From Octopus sinensis (lineage: Eukaryota): a DNA stretch of 64,000 nucleotides. Under the pieces are notes generated by a model. It searched no databases, had not been told where the DNA came from, and saw only the letters and a list, made by a program, of their open reading frames with translations. Shown one piece after another: positions 1 to 13,269 of the stretch. The position numbers and the translations under genes were made by a program. Numbering within the stretch: position 1 is the first letter of the stretch; every line of letters starts with the position of its first letter. The stretch is taken from NCBI RefSeq assembly GCF_006345805.1, contig NC_042998.1, positions 105,586,001-105,650,000 of the forward strand, given 5' to 3'.

Positions 1-1767
1 GGGAAATACACCTCCTCCTTAAGGTGCCAGTCAACCAAAAACATGACTTCTACATGATCTGACCTATTTTACCAATAGCTAGATGAACTGAGATACGTGA
101 AATGAAGGATGCTTCCCCTCCCCAAGGCCTTTAAGCTGCTTGCTTGATTTAATCTAAGTATGAAAGCTACTGAGAAACTAAACTAATGTAAATCCAATAT
201 TATTCACCATTAATTATTTTACCCTATAATTTGATTTAATTCTATATTTGCTTATTTTTCTAGTTGCTTAGTGTATAATAGTGGTGTTGTCACTTCAGGA
301 ATAACATTTAGACATCTAATCTACCGTAGTGATGTCTTCAGGAATAATTCCAAACAAACATTGTAGTAATTTATTCTGCTCAAAGCTCTGATATTGAAAA
401 ACTTTTATCTGGATGAGACAGACGAAAAATAGTAGAGTCCATGACATTTTGTGGCAGTTCTGAGACTGGTGAAAAGAAAGAGGTTGTTCTCTGATCAAAG
501 GCGGATCCTGAATGCTTAGAACAGATATGGACCTGTGAATGGAATCCATGGACCAAGTTGTGCGAAATTGGATAGCAGATTAAGTTTATCATGTATAAAA
601 AAATGTATGGTTCATTTACTGGGTTTTCACACAGTTCCTGTCAAACCAAAAAGGCTTGGACAATTTACTGTAATGGTAGAAGACATCTGTACAAGATGTC
701 GTGCAGTAGGATCAAACATAGAAACACATGATTGCAAAGCAAAGTGCTTAACTACATGGTCATTATCAACATTTACTATCATAAGGAGTTCTGCTTTTTA
801 ATTAGCTGGATTAGTAAGGTTTAGAGAATATATGTAAAAATGCATAGATTATTGCCTAGAAGAGATCTGAATTAATGGGGAAGTGCCTAATAACTGTAGA
901 GCAATACCATATTGAATTAGAGCACTCTTATACATTTCAGTGAAGTAATAAGATATAACATATAGTCAGGTATATACTAACATACTTCACTATTCATACT
1001 TTATATAGCAAACATAATGTTTATTTATTAAAACTATGCTTATATCAAGGAGAAAAAAACATTGTTGAGCAATGCTTAAGTAAACCCAAAAAAAAAAAAA
1101 AAAAAAAGGCAAAGGCAAAAGATGCACCAATGCTTTAATTCAAATTAGAAATAGATAATGTAATAAGGAGAGCAAAAGAAAATAACATTTTAGATGATGT
1201 GACAATGTGGAAATTATTGGTCTTCCTAATTCTCCTCCAAAACTTTGTACTCTACTGTTCATGATATCCATTAAGTGATTAGCATACAACTGCTCAAACT
1301 GAACATCAATTACATAGATTTCATTTAATTATCTCTGTTACTAAGCATAAGAGGGACAGAAAAAATGGAATGCATGTTAATTCTCTTGAGATTAACTGAT
1401 AAAAATCACTACTTTTGAGAAACCTTCTTCAATAGAATCAAGATACAGATATACTCCATAAACACAGCTAAAATCTTCATACAACACACACTGTAAATTT
1501 CCAATTGTAAATTTCCAATTAGATGTAGAAAATTCTTCAAATCTGATTGGATTAACTTTACATTTCTGTGTTGACAAAATAAGTACCAGTAATATACAAG
1601 AATTTAATGAATTAACTACAACTTTTCCAAAGAATTTGCAGCACTGAATGAAAGTAAAAATTATATTATCATCCTTTCGTTCTTTTGTGGGTCAATAAAA
1701 TAAACATATCAATTATTATTATTGTTGTTGTTGCTGTTATTTTGTTATCATTATTATCATTATTAAG

Positions 1768-1981
1768 AAGGTGGCAAGCTGGCAGAATCATTAACATGCC
1801 GAGCAAAATGCTTAGCAGTATTTTGTCTGTCATTATATTCTGAGTTCAAATTCTGCCGAAGTCAACTTTGCCTTTCATCTTTTCGAGGTCAATAAATTAA
1901 GTACCAGCTGCATACTGAGGTCGATCCAATCGACTGGCCCCCTCCCCCAAAATTTCAGACCTTGTGCCTATAATAGAAAGG
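1768..1981 (+). mobile_element. tRNA-type SINE, family A (Meta/MESC-like core), with (TAT)n tail
   Basis: Head GGTGGCAAGCTGGCAGAATC..GAGTTCAAATTCTGCC, core GTCAACTTTGCCTTTCATCTTTTCGAGGTCAATAAATTAAGTACCAG and 3' GGCCTTGTGCC-type end recur in at least 10 copies in the window. The core-domain name is from recall. Confidence 0.8.
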
Positions 1982-2016
<35 letters not shown>

Positions 2017-2026
2017 CATTATTATT

Positions 2027-2245
2027 AAGGCAACAAGCTAGCAGAATCATTAGCATGCTGGATTAAATGCCCAACAACTTTTATTTCAACTTCAATTAAA
2101 TTTGAGTTCAAATTCTATCAAGATCAACTTTGCCTTTCATTCTTATAAGGGTGATGAAATAAGAACCAGTTAAGCACTAGGGTCAATATAATTGACTAGC
2201 TCCTTCCCCTGAAATTTCAGGCCTTGTGCATTTAACAGAAAGAAT
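2027..2245 (+). mobile_element. SINE family A, second copy in tandem
   Basis: Same head, core and tail as 1768-1981; begins in the TAT tail of the first copy. Confidence 0.75.
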
Positions 2246-3335
2246 TATTGTTGTTGTTGTTGTTATTATTATGTTATGTTTTGGTTTTGCTTTAACCCAA
2301 GTCTCAACCAGAGAAACTGATCAAGGACTGCAGGTACACCTTCACACAAACAAGCAATTTAGCTATGTACACTCTGTAAAAATGGTTTTGCATTAGGAAG
2401 GGCATCAAGCCATAAAAACCAAGTTAAAACAGACTGTGGGACCTGGTGCAGCCCCTGGCTTTGCCAGTTCCTGTCAAACTGTCCAACCCATAACCATCAT
2501 GGAAAGCGGACATTATATGTTGATGGTGTATGCATATACAGAGGCATAGCCAGGATCTAAAGTTAGGGGAGCAAGCTCATAAAAAAGAGGCCATGACACA
2601 TACCAAACAATTTTTAACTCATTTTCCTTATATTACATGAAATATTTCATTAGTTATAGTATATGTCATTAATTTCTACATTCATTAATTTTATGTTTCA
2701 CTAACAATGTCATTATGTATGATACTTACAGCTACTGATATAGATGTGGCATGAACAAGATGAAACTCCATGGGATTGTCCTGTGTTGAGAGGTTATGAT
2801 ATCAGGGTTTGATTTGGTTCTTAAGATGTCAGTAGTATCACAGAAGATTGAGTTCAAAAACACGGGTAGTTGGTCAAATAATAACTCTTGAAAGTTCTTC
2901 CAAGGCCAAGCAATTAACCAAAAAGGAAGAGAGATTCAACTTTTATTGCATCAGTGAACTAAAGTGTTAGAAATAATTGTTGCAAAGGTGCCAATTTTGA
3001 AAAATGTGCTAAGGAGTAATGGTCACCCCCCATCCCTGCTTGCTCCCCTATTAACTATTAGTGTGTATATATGTGTGTATGTGCATGTGTGTATTCATCA
3101 AAAGAGACTGATAGAATAAGTACTAGGCTTCAAAAAAAACAAAATGTACTGGGTTGAGTTATTTGACTAAAAATTGAAAGTGGTGCTCCAGCATGGTTGC
3201 AGTCAAATGACTGAAACAAGTAAAAGAATAAAAGGAAGAATAACATTAGAAAACTCTAAAAGTCCTCTCTTGTTCACATTTCCTTCTGGCTTGAACTAAC
3301 CTACATTAGTTCAAGTTGAACATTATTTAGTTAGT

Positions 3336-3531
3336 AAGGCAGCAAGCTGGCAGAAATGTTAGCATGCCAGGCAAAATGCTTAGCGGTATTTCGTCTGTCA
3401 AATTCCACCGAGGTCAACTTTGCCTTTCATTCTTTCGGGGTCAATGAAATATGTACCAGTTGTGTACTGGAGTCAATCTAATCGATTGCCCCCACCAAAA
3501 AAATTTCGGGCCTTGTGCCTAGATTAGAAAA
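3336..3531 (+). mobile_element. SINE family A with 18-bp target-site duplication
   Basis: Perfect flanking direct repeat GAACATTATTTAGTTAGT at 3318-3335 and 3532-3549. Confidence 0.9.
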
Positions 3532-3963
3532 GAACATTATTTAGTTAGTTTTCAATTTGTTAATCTAAGAGAAGCCAAAATATCTATGGACTTTACCACA
3601 ACCTCTACTTAAATAATACAAAATTTCCTGAATGTATTTGTGAAACACTTTCAGAAAGAAATATGTTGAAGAAATCCTACAATAAGTTGTGACTATGATT
3701 TTTTTTTTTTGTCTTTTCCACTAGCTGCTTAAGTTGTTGGTGGTGCTGTTGATTGACCGGAATTATTCTGAGAAGCAGAATTCTGGTTCATACAATCATC
3801 ATATTTGTCCATTTTACTTGCATTCTCAATACATACATACTCACACACACACATATGTATGTATGTATGCATGTATGTATGTGCATGGGTAGGTGTATCT
3901 ATAAATAAATGTATATATGTGTGTATGTACACATCTAGGCACATGTGTACATCTATCTATCTG

Positions 3964-4013
<50 letters not shown>

Positions 4014-4064
4014 ATCATCATCATCATCATTTAATGTCCATTCTATCTATCAATATATATATAT

Positions 4065-4100
<36 letters not shown>

Positions 4101-4149
4101 TTACATATTTATAGGGAGAGAGAAAGATATATATATATATACGCATATA

Positions 4150-4187
<38 letters not shown>

Positions 4188-4954
4188 GTATATATATGTA
4201 TGTATATGTATACACACACACATATATATATACATACATACAGACATACAAACATACACATATGTATGTATATGTATATATATATATGTTCGCATGCATG
4301 CACACATGTATACTTATATACACAAAGCACATCCGTTTGCTTCTGTCTATTTTATATGTAATACCCCACCTCTCATATCCAATATTCTGCCAATCGAAAT
4401 TCTTCTTCAACCAATTCTGATGCAAATTCCTTGAAGCTCTTTGCAAGAGAAACTGAAAATCTCCATGTAACAACTCGTCCATTGTTGTAGCACTGCAACA
4501 CTCACAATATTGATTTATCTCTTCTTTCCTTCCTTTCAATCTTCTTTTCTTTTATACCCTTTTTTTTTTTGTCTTCCAATTTCTGACAATAAGTATGCCA
4601 GCCTGATCGTTGAACCAATCTTTACAACTAATTTCTGTCAGCCAAGCCTCACATTATAATTTCTTATTTTTCCTGCCATTTAATACATAAGAAATTCCTC
4701 CTGTTTCATTGAAGATTTTTTTTTCCTTTCCCACTATCTCTTCTGCTTCAAACTTCATCTTGTACTTCATGATATTCAAAAATTTCTTCACTTTAGGAAT
4801 GTATTTCTAAGTGAAAGCCAAAATGTCACCAGACAAATAATGTATATGTTAAAACTATGTGGCTGATGTATGTGTGTATATAACATATGTAATATGGATG
4901 TTATGCAATAGGAAAACCAAAATAATGTAATAATTTATGCTGTGTATATATATA

Positions 4955-4985
<31 letters not shown>

Positions 4986-5663
4986 ATGTATGTATGTATG
5001 TATGTATGTATGTATGTATGTATGTATGTTTGTGTGTAAGTTGGTAGGTAGGTAGATAGTTATAAGAATGAGAGAGGACAAAGTAATGAATGATTATCTT
5101 CACTCTTTTGTAATTTCTCTTCCTTATTATTGCTCTATAATCAGCTAACATTTCATTCTGAAACATACATACCTCACTTTACAAGGACCCATTTTACAAG
5201 ACCCCAGGTTTATGAGTTTTATTTTGTAATAAATATAAAAGGTTAAGTAACTATTTTTGTGGGTGGCAACATTGCAACATGTGACAACACTGCTTCTAAT
5301 GTGTTTCCACAGCTGCATACAGTAACAGTAAAATGACAGCATAAAATTTGAATGTCTTAGTTTGCACATGCGCTTTGTTGAGAGAGATTATTAGAAACTA
5401 ATTTTTTATGTTGCATATTTTATATTGTATACGTGTATTTACACTATTATTTTCAGTGATTTTTAAACCAACCCAATATGCCTAAATGAAAGTGTACGAT
5501 GGACACCGATGGGAACAAAAAAAAATGAAAAGCCATCACACTTTGGACTTGATTTTTAAAAAGAAATTTATAAGTCTGTCCACGAGTGCTTGTGAATCAA
5601 CAATCTCATCTACAAGTGATGGTGTGTGCACGTCTGGTGTGAGCGAAAGTGATTCAGAAAATC

Positions 5664-5770
5664 ATCATCATCATCGTCTAACATCCACTTTCTATGTTGG
5701 CATGGGTTGGATGGTTTGACTGAGGGCTGGCGAGTCAGAAGGCTGCACCAGGCTCCAATCTGATCTGGCA
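5664..5770 (-). mobile_element. RTE-LINE 3' terminus with (GAT)n tail
   Basis: Reverse complement of the terminus seen on + at 10540-10640 (CCAGATCAGA..CCAACCCA..GGACGTTAAACGATGATGAT). The same terminus occurs more than 10 times, e.g. 2370-2520, 9055-9215, 46985-47160, 49590-49780, 54790-54960, 58405-58530. Confidence 0.7.
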
Positions 5771-5936
5771 TGGGTAGGTGTATCTATAAATAAACGTATA
5801 TATGTGTGTATGTACACATCTAGGCGCATGTGTACATCTATCTATCTATCTATCAATATATATATATAAAGAGAGAGAGAGAGAGAAAGAGAGAAAATTA
5901 CATATTTATAGGGAGAGTGAAAGAGAGATATATATA

Positions 5937-5975
<39 letters not shown>

Positions 5976-6019
5976 GTATATATATGTATCTATATGTATA
6001 CACACACACATATATATAT

Positions 6020-7514
6020 CAATTCGGATAGCTGGTCCCTCTGTTGGGTTGACATTTGGCAGACTCTCTTTCTCCCATTCATTCTCTTCATTTAGCAACC
6101 TTTCATAGTGACGTCTCCAAGTCTCTCTCCTTGCAGCCTCATTAAATGCAAGTGAGCCGTCATCCATGCAGACACATTTCTCTCCAATGACATCACAATT
6201 CTTTCTCACTCACTGTCTTGCAACACAAAACACCTCAAGTCTTTGTTCCTTACGACACAGAACATTGGCAAATTTTGTCTTATCAGCTTCCCCTCTGCTT
6301 AAATAAACCTGTCTCCTAGCTTCCCTTCTGGCAGTCTGATACAATTCCCTGCTACCACCGTTCTTCCAGTCCTTTCAATCCTGTTTCTTTTCTCCAATGG
6401 CCCTGTCAACTACATTGTTTCACCACCACATTACCTTGAGTCAAGAGAGTATTTTGTGCCATCCACAGATCTGGTCAGTAGCCCTCAACTGGTTGTCCTG
6501 TAGAAACCTCTAGTTGTCTTCCACATCATGTGATGCTATATCCCCCTTCTCTTTCATCAAAAAATTCGAGTAATACATTTCCAAATCTTGGTCTATTCAC
6601 AGAATCCTTAAGCTTCCAGACCCTTCTTCTCCATGCTGGTCATCTTCTGGGCATCCATTTAGCCCTGATCCTGAAGTTGCTAACTACTAATCTATGTTGT
6701 GGGGTGCATCCTTCACCTGGGAAGGTCTTGCTATTTATAAGTAGCCATCTTTCCAGTTTCCTGGCGAGGATGTAGTCAATTTGACTAGTGTGTCTACCAG
6801 ATCAGTAAGTGAATAGGTTACTGGCAGGTTTCCTGAAGTTAGTATTACAAACCTCAAGATCATTTGCATTGCAGGACTCCAGCAGCCTGGTTTTCTCCTC
6901 ATTGCTGGAACCAAAACCATAGCCACCATGTATACTATGGAAGCCCCTGCATGTTGTCCAACATGCCCATTGAAGTCGCCAGCCACAAAGAGAAGGTCCC
7001 TGTCATTCATCAACAAGGTTGTCAGCAAGAGGGTGTCATAAAATCAGTCGCTCTGTCCATCAGGTAGTCCCAGCTGAGTGGCATAGGCCAAGATAATGGT
7101 TGCTAACCCCTGTTGCAACACTAATCTAATCTTAAGTATTCTATCACAGACTCTGACTACCTCCATTACCTTAACCCATTTCCCTGCAAGAAGTATACTC
7201 ACACCCCTGACCTCGTCAGTGTTCCCTGCCCAGAAAATCTTATACCTATGTTCTTTGCCTGTGAGGAACCTAGCAGAAACATATCTACACCTTACTTCTT
7301 GGATGCAGTACAAATCTACATGTCTTTGTTCAAGTATCTCAACAATCTCACAAGACCTACCTTTCAGTGTGCCTACATTAAGTGTGCCAACCCTGAGGGT
7401 GTGGGAGGTGTGAACCCATGAGACCCTGGGATGGGGGACAGCAGCATCATATACCTGAAAAGAAAGCTCGTATTTGGCAGAACTCATGAACGTACAATAG
7501 CCTTCAACCTGCAT
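6020..7514 (-). mobile_element. RTE-clade LINE 5' half (APE endonuclease plus linker), frameshifted
   Basis: LRVGTLNVGTLKG...CIQEVR...GVSILL...IILAYA (7044-7514), FVAGDFNGHVG (6735-7028), [16 protein letters not shown]...GPAIRI (6020-6209); APE and RTE-linker motifs. Confidence 0.9.
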
Positions 7515-7680
7515 ACACTACACCATCACTTTTATGTGCTGCATAATCACTACACTACATAGGAGATAAACCCTAAGTAGGGATAGGGAAGCATTAAGCC
7601 TTTAGAGGTGTTCATAAGAGAGACATCCAATAGAGGTACAGGTGGTGGGGGTTGGGAGGGCGGGCGCACTGTGCTACAGC

Positions 7681-8735
7681 AAAAACTCGGGCTGCCGGTG
7701 TAAAAGAATATTATGATAATAATGAGATAGAATCGGGTATTTGAAATTCTTAACTAGAGCTCTAACCAAGAACTTTCGGTAAGCCAATCTGTGACAAAAT
7801 TGGATAAATGAATGAATAAGGGACGATAATAAATGAGCATGAAAGGGTGGGAGAAAGAGGGAGAGTTGGATTGAGCGAAGGGATCTTAAGTTTTTTTTCT
7901 TTTAAACATACAGCATGGAAGACAAAACTGTGTTTACATAGATAATGAAATAAATAGAATAATGAAATGAACTAATAAGGTAATTTTGATCTGCGCTGAA
8001 AAAGGAGAAGTTTAGATAAACTAAGTTGAAAAACAAGATTGCTTATCTGAACATCTGATTTTCTACTCCTTTTGGGGAGGTTTTAAAATGAGATAGGGGA
8101 ATCTGAATGAGCTAGTTTATATAGGATGGGTTGGAGTGGGGGAGAACAGAGGTAAGTGTTAGGAGAAACAAGTGGTTATCAAAACAGAGAGAGAGAGAGA
8201 GAGAGAGAAAGAAAGAGAGAGAATGAGAAAGGCCAGAGTTAGGCTGGTCAAAGACAGAACACAAGGGGATGGAATTTTGGGATTTAGGGTAACATGATTT
8301 AACGAATAGTTTTAACATAACCACAAAACAGTAAAAACTCAGGCTGCTGGTGTAAAGGAATATTATGATGATAATGAGATAGAATTAGGTATTTGAAATT
8401 CTTAACTAGAGCTATAACCAAGAGCTTTCAATCAGCCAATCTATGACAAAATTAGATAAATGAATAAATAAGGGACGATAATAAATGAACGTGAAAGAGA
8501 GGGAGAAAGAGAGAGAGTTGGATCGAGCGAAGGGATCTTAATTTTTTTTAAACATACAGTGTGGAAGACACAACTGTATTTACATAGATAATGAAATAGA
8601 CAGAATAATGAAAGGAACTAATAACGTAATTACGATCTGCGCTGGAAAAAGACAGGTTTAGATGTTGAAAAACAAGATTGCTCATTCTGAACATCTTCTG
8701 ATTTTCTACTCCTTTCGGTGAGGTGTTAAAAATGG
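7681..8735. repeat. Two diverged direct copies of a ~410-bp unit (about 7681-8090 and 8334-8730), period about 650 bp
   Basis: AAAAACTCGGGCTGCCGGTGTAAAAGAATATTATGATAATAATGAGATAG... versus AAAAACTCAGGCTGCTGGTGTAAAGGAATATTATGATGATAATGAGATAG..., collinear through CTACTCCTTT. Confidence 0.85.
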
Positions 8736-9216
8736 TTATAATAATAATCTTTTTTTATTATAAATGATCTTGACATTCTTTTTACTTTACATAAAATATT
8801 CTTTACATTCTATTGTTGTTTTATTGCCATTTATTCATGAGTATTATAAATTTGATTGGTAAAATAATTTTCTGGGAACAAATTGTGATTTATAACATTA
8901 CTACTATGAGAAATTATTGCTCTGCTTTATGAGTTTTGACTTTACAAGCAGTCTCTGGGAATAGATTAACTCGTATATATCAAGGCATTACTGTATACTG
9001 AGTTATACACCAGGTTATTAGTCTCACAATGCCTAAACGAAATATTAAAACATTGGAGTGGTTGGCATTAGGAAGGGCATCCAGCTGTAGAAACATTGTC
9101 AGATCAAATTGGAGCCTGAGAGTAGCTGCTGGCTTTCCAGATTGCAGTCAAACCATTCAACTCATGCCAGTGTGGAAAATAGACATTAAACAATGATGCT
9201 GATGATGATGATGATG

Positions 9217-9274
<58 letters not shown>

Positions 9275-9275
9275 G

Positions 9276-9637
9276 TACAAAGAAGTAAATATATGGCACA
9301 ACGAAGTACTGATATTTACTGGAAATAGCGAACGTAATAATACAACGCTAATGTATAGCTTCACCGCGTATGTACTAGCAAAAATGCGTGTGTGCAACAA
9401 ACTAGAAAAAAATTATCTTACCTCCAGGGAGAACATCTGAAAGATGAAATACCTGGAAAAGGTTTTTCATCTTTCAGATGTTCTCCCTGGAGGTAAGACA
9501 ATTTTTTCTAGTTTGTTGCACACATGCATTTTTGCTAGTACATACTCGGTGAAGCAATACATTAGCGTTGTATTATTACGTTCGCTATTTCCAGTAAATA
9601 TCGGTACTTCGTTGTGCCATATATTTACTTCTTTGTA
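9276..9637. repeat. Long foldback: ~178-bp inverted arms with a 7-nt loop
   Basis: 9276-9453 versus the reverse complement of 9461-9637: 6 substitutions plus 1 indel by hand alignment; loop TGGAAAA. Confidence 0.95.
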
Positions 9638-9697
9638 TATTTTCCCTCACGGGCTATTCTTTACTGGAAAGCAATACTCTAGTATTGCATTACTAAT

Positions 9698-11616
9698 TTA
9701 TATATATATATAAATGTATATATATAAATATATATATAAGAAGCATCGGATGCAGCGTGCAGGAGAGATGTTTGCGTTGGTATGGTCATGTTCTATGGAT
9801 GGATGAGGAGAGATGTGTGAAGAAGTGCCACTCCCAAACTGTTGAAGGAATCTGGGGTAGAGGTAGACCCAGGAAGACATAGGATGAGGTGATCAAGCAT
9901 GACCATCGTACGTTGAGCCTCACAGAGGCTATGACGAAAGACTGAGACCTCTGAGATATGCTGTGACTTCGAAGACCCGATAAATGAAGTGAGTTCATGG
10001 CTTGCAGGACGGCCTTCTGTGCTTGAGGAGACCTATTGTGTCAAGTTCATCAACATCAAAATAAAAATCGTATGGATATTGTAGTTGTGATACCCGTGCC
10101 GGTGGCACGTAGGGCTTTACAGAGGATATGACGAAGACCGAGACCTCTGAGATATGCTGTGACTGTGAAGACCCAACAGATGAAGTGAGTTCATGGCTCG
10201 CAGGATGGCCTGCTGTGCTAACTTGGATCGTAGAGTGACCTGCTGTTCTTGAGGAGACCTATTGAGTCAAGTACATTAACACCAACGTCAAAATGAAAAT
10301 CAAATGGAAATTGTAGTTAAGATACCCATGCTGGTGACATGTTAAAAGCACCGTCCGAACGTGGCAGATGCCAGCGCCACCTGACTGGCATCCGTGTCGT
10401 GACACATAAAAGGACCAACCGATTGTGGCCGTTTGCCAGCCTCCTCTGACCCCTGTGCCGGTGGCACATAAAAAGCACCCACTACACTCATGGAGTGGTT
10501 GGTGTTAGGAAGGGCATTCAGCTGTAGAAACACTGCCAGATCAGACTGGAGCCTGGTGCAGCCTCCTGGCTTCCCAGACTCCGGTTGAACCGTCCAACCC
10601 ACGCTAGCATGGAAAACGGACGTTAAACGATGATGATGATTATGTATATATATATATATATATAAATGTATATATATAAATATATATATAAGAAGCATCG
10701 GATGCAGCGTGCAGGAGAGATGTTTGCGTTGGTATGGTCATGTTCTATGGATGGATGAGGAGAGATGTGTGAAGAAGTGCCACTCCCAAACTGTTGAAGG
10801 AATCTGGGGTAGAGGTAGACCCAGGAAGACATAGGATGAGGTGATCAAGCATGACCATCGTACGTTGAGCCTCACAGAGGCTATGACGAAAGACTGAGAC
10901 CTCTGGAGATATGCTGTGACTTCGAAGACCCGATAAATGAAGTGAGTTCATGGCTTGCAGGACAGCCTTCTGTGCTTGAGGAGACCTATTGTGTCAAGTT
11001 CATCAACATCAAAATAAAAATCGTATGGATATTGTAGTTGTGATACCCGTGCCGGTGGCACGTAGGGCTTTACAGAGGATATGACGAAGACCGAGACCTC
11101 TGAGATATGCTGTGACTGTGAAGACCCAACAGATGAAGTGAGTTCATGGCTCGCAGGATGGCCTGCTGTGCTAACTTGGATCGTAGAGTGACCTGCTGTT
11201 CTTCAGGAGACCTATTGAGTCAAGTACATTAACACCAACGTCAAAATGAAAATCAAATGGAAATTGTAGTTAAGATACCCATGCTGGTGACATGTTAAAA
11301 GCACCGTCCGAACGTGGCAGATGCCAGCGCCACCTGACTGGCATCCGTGTCGTGACACATAAAAGGACCAACCGATTGTGGCCGTTTGCCAACCTCCTCT
11401 GACCCCTGTGCCGGTGGCACATAAAAAGCACCCACTACACTCATGGAGTGGTTGGTGTTAGGAAGGGCATTCAGCTGTAGAAACACTGCCAGATCAGACT
11501 GGAGCCTAGTGCAGCCTCCTGGCTTCCCAGACTCCGGTTGAACCGTCCAACCCACGCTAGCATGGAAAACGGACGTTAAATGATGATGATGATTATGTAT
11601 ATATATATATATATAT
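9698..11616 (+). repeat. Near-identical tandem duplication (period 952 bp) of a composite RTE 3' end
   Basis: AGAAGCATCGG at 9739 and 10691; about 6 substitutions plus 1 indel. The unit encodes the RTE C-terminus (GRGRPRKT*DEVIKHD...MTKD) and ends in a (GAT)n tail. Confidence 0.9.
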
Positions 11617-12421
11617 GACGTTAAATGGTGGTGATGAAGATGATGATGATGATGATGATGATGATGTGTGTGCATGCGTGTGTGTAGCATATAACATACA
11701 TTATGTATATTATATCTGTGAAGCAGGTAATACATTTATGCAATATATTTAAATGTTTTTCAATGGAGAGGTTTATTCAAACTAATGAAGTTTTTCTTGG
11801 TAAGAATGACACCAACATCTGTTATGCAAAAGAATTATTCTACTGCATAGCCAGGGTCCCAACCCTGACCAATAATCAAAAGCCGTTTATCACAAAAATG
11901 GATGTAAAATATCTTTGTACTATTGATTATTATTTCAGAATAAGGATCAACTTCTTCCTATCACAGTATTTTTCCTCCTTTACTTTTCACAATAAACCAT
12001 TTTATAACCCCACTGTTTTATCCAGAAGAATTTTGTTTTTGTGATAAAAATAATTATTTATTGTTGAATTTAATGCTTAGGGGAACATCAAATCAAGTCA
12101 AATCTCAGTAACTTGTTCATTACTTATGAAAAGGAATTTTTTCTCCCAGCATGTTGCTTATCTTTGGAATCTAATTGCTAAATTTGTAATCTAATTGAAA
12201 TTAAGTATTCTATATTGTTACTTCTTTTGCCATTGTCTGTAGATACATATTTCAATACTTTTGTATCATGTCAGCAAAGTTCATGGACAATTTTATATAT
12301 ACGTGTACATGTGTGTGTGTGTGTGTGTGTTAATAGTGAATTCAAATCAAAGTCCAATTATACAAAGCTATATATATACCATAGCTTTACAAGAAAAATG
12401 AAACAGAGGAGCAATGACAGA

Positions 12422-12595
12422 CGTGGTGGCGATAGTGGTGGTGGTGGTGGCAGTGGTGGTGGTGGTGGTGGCAGTGGTGATGGTGGTGGTAGTGGTGGTG
12501 GTGGTGGTGGTGGTGGTGGCAGTGGTGGTGGTGGTGGCAGTGGTGGTGGTGGTGGTGGTGGCAGTGGTGGTGGTGGTTGTGGCAGTGGTGGTGAT
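12422..12595 (+). repeat. (GGT)n/(GGC) low-complexity tract
   Basis: Direct; source of the poly-G, poly-V and poly-T ORFs in the track. Confidence 0.95.
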
Positions 12596-13130
12596 GAAAA
12601 TGTTGTTCACTTTTCTATTTTATTTCATTCTTTTACGTCTGTAAACACATGATTTATATATATATATATATATATAGCTTCGACTTGAATGCTCTAATAA
12701 TATAATGTCCACAAGTTGTTTTTATGATATATAAAGATATCAAAATGTGCATTTATAGATAATGGAAGAAAGAAACAGTGAAGAAACAACAGTAAAGAAT
12801 ACTTAACTATAAGTAAATTTAAAGCTTCACTCTATATTTTATGCCAAAGATTAATGTAGATAATGGAAGAAAAATATCTCTTTTTATAAACGCAAAACAA
12901 AATACTAAGCTTCGACAGGATTTGAACTTTTACCCTATGCTTTACATTACATAGTAAATAACTGTTTCTGCTTTCTAAAGAAAAACAGTTTTATCGGATG
13001 GAAGTACCAGGGTAAAGGGGCACTGCATGAATCATGATGTAAGGTGTACTCTTTTTTACTCTCTCCCTCTCTTTCTCCCTGTGTACTGCGATAAACGTAC
13101 AGTTGTATTCTCTCTTTGGACAGTAACAAA

Positions 13131-13238
13131 ATAGTAACAGCATCATTTTTATCTCACCATTGTAGAAAAAATGGGATCAATACAGTTAATCAGAAGCAAA
13201 ATTTGCTTATCAAAAAAATGCAATATATTTTACATTAT

Positions 13239-13269
<31 letters not shown>

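Noticed and set aside
260-820. Non-repetitive block with overlapping 70-88-aa ORFs
   Set aside because: I translated the frames and found no recognisable motif; a faint integrase-like resemblance was too weak, and there is no consistent splice pair.
1140-1650. Semi-open frames on both strands
   Set aside because: Internal stops, no identifiable family.
2539-3050. Possible DNA transposon relic (CAGAGGCATAGCCAGG start; GGGGAGCAAGC/GCTTGCTCCCC inverted 11-mer)
   Set aside because: Right end not recoverable, no TSD, no convincing transposase motif.
4330-4800. Protein-like minus-strand text, possibly a piggyBac or LINE relic
   Set aside because: Multiple stops and no diagnostic motif in any frame.
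5165-5620. Possible Tigger 5' fragment (repeated TTTACAAG, KSHHTLDLIFKK)
   Set aside because: Only a weak HTH resemblance; no matching second end.
11703-12044. 113-aa ORF
   Set aside because: AT-rich chance-like composition, no motif, no good splice sites.
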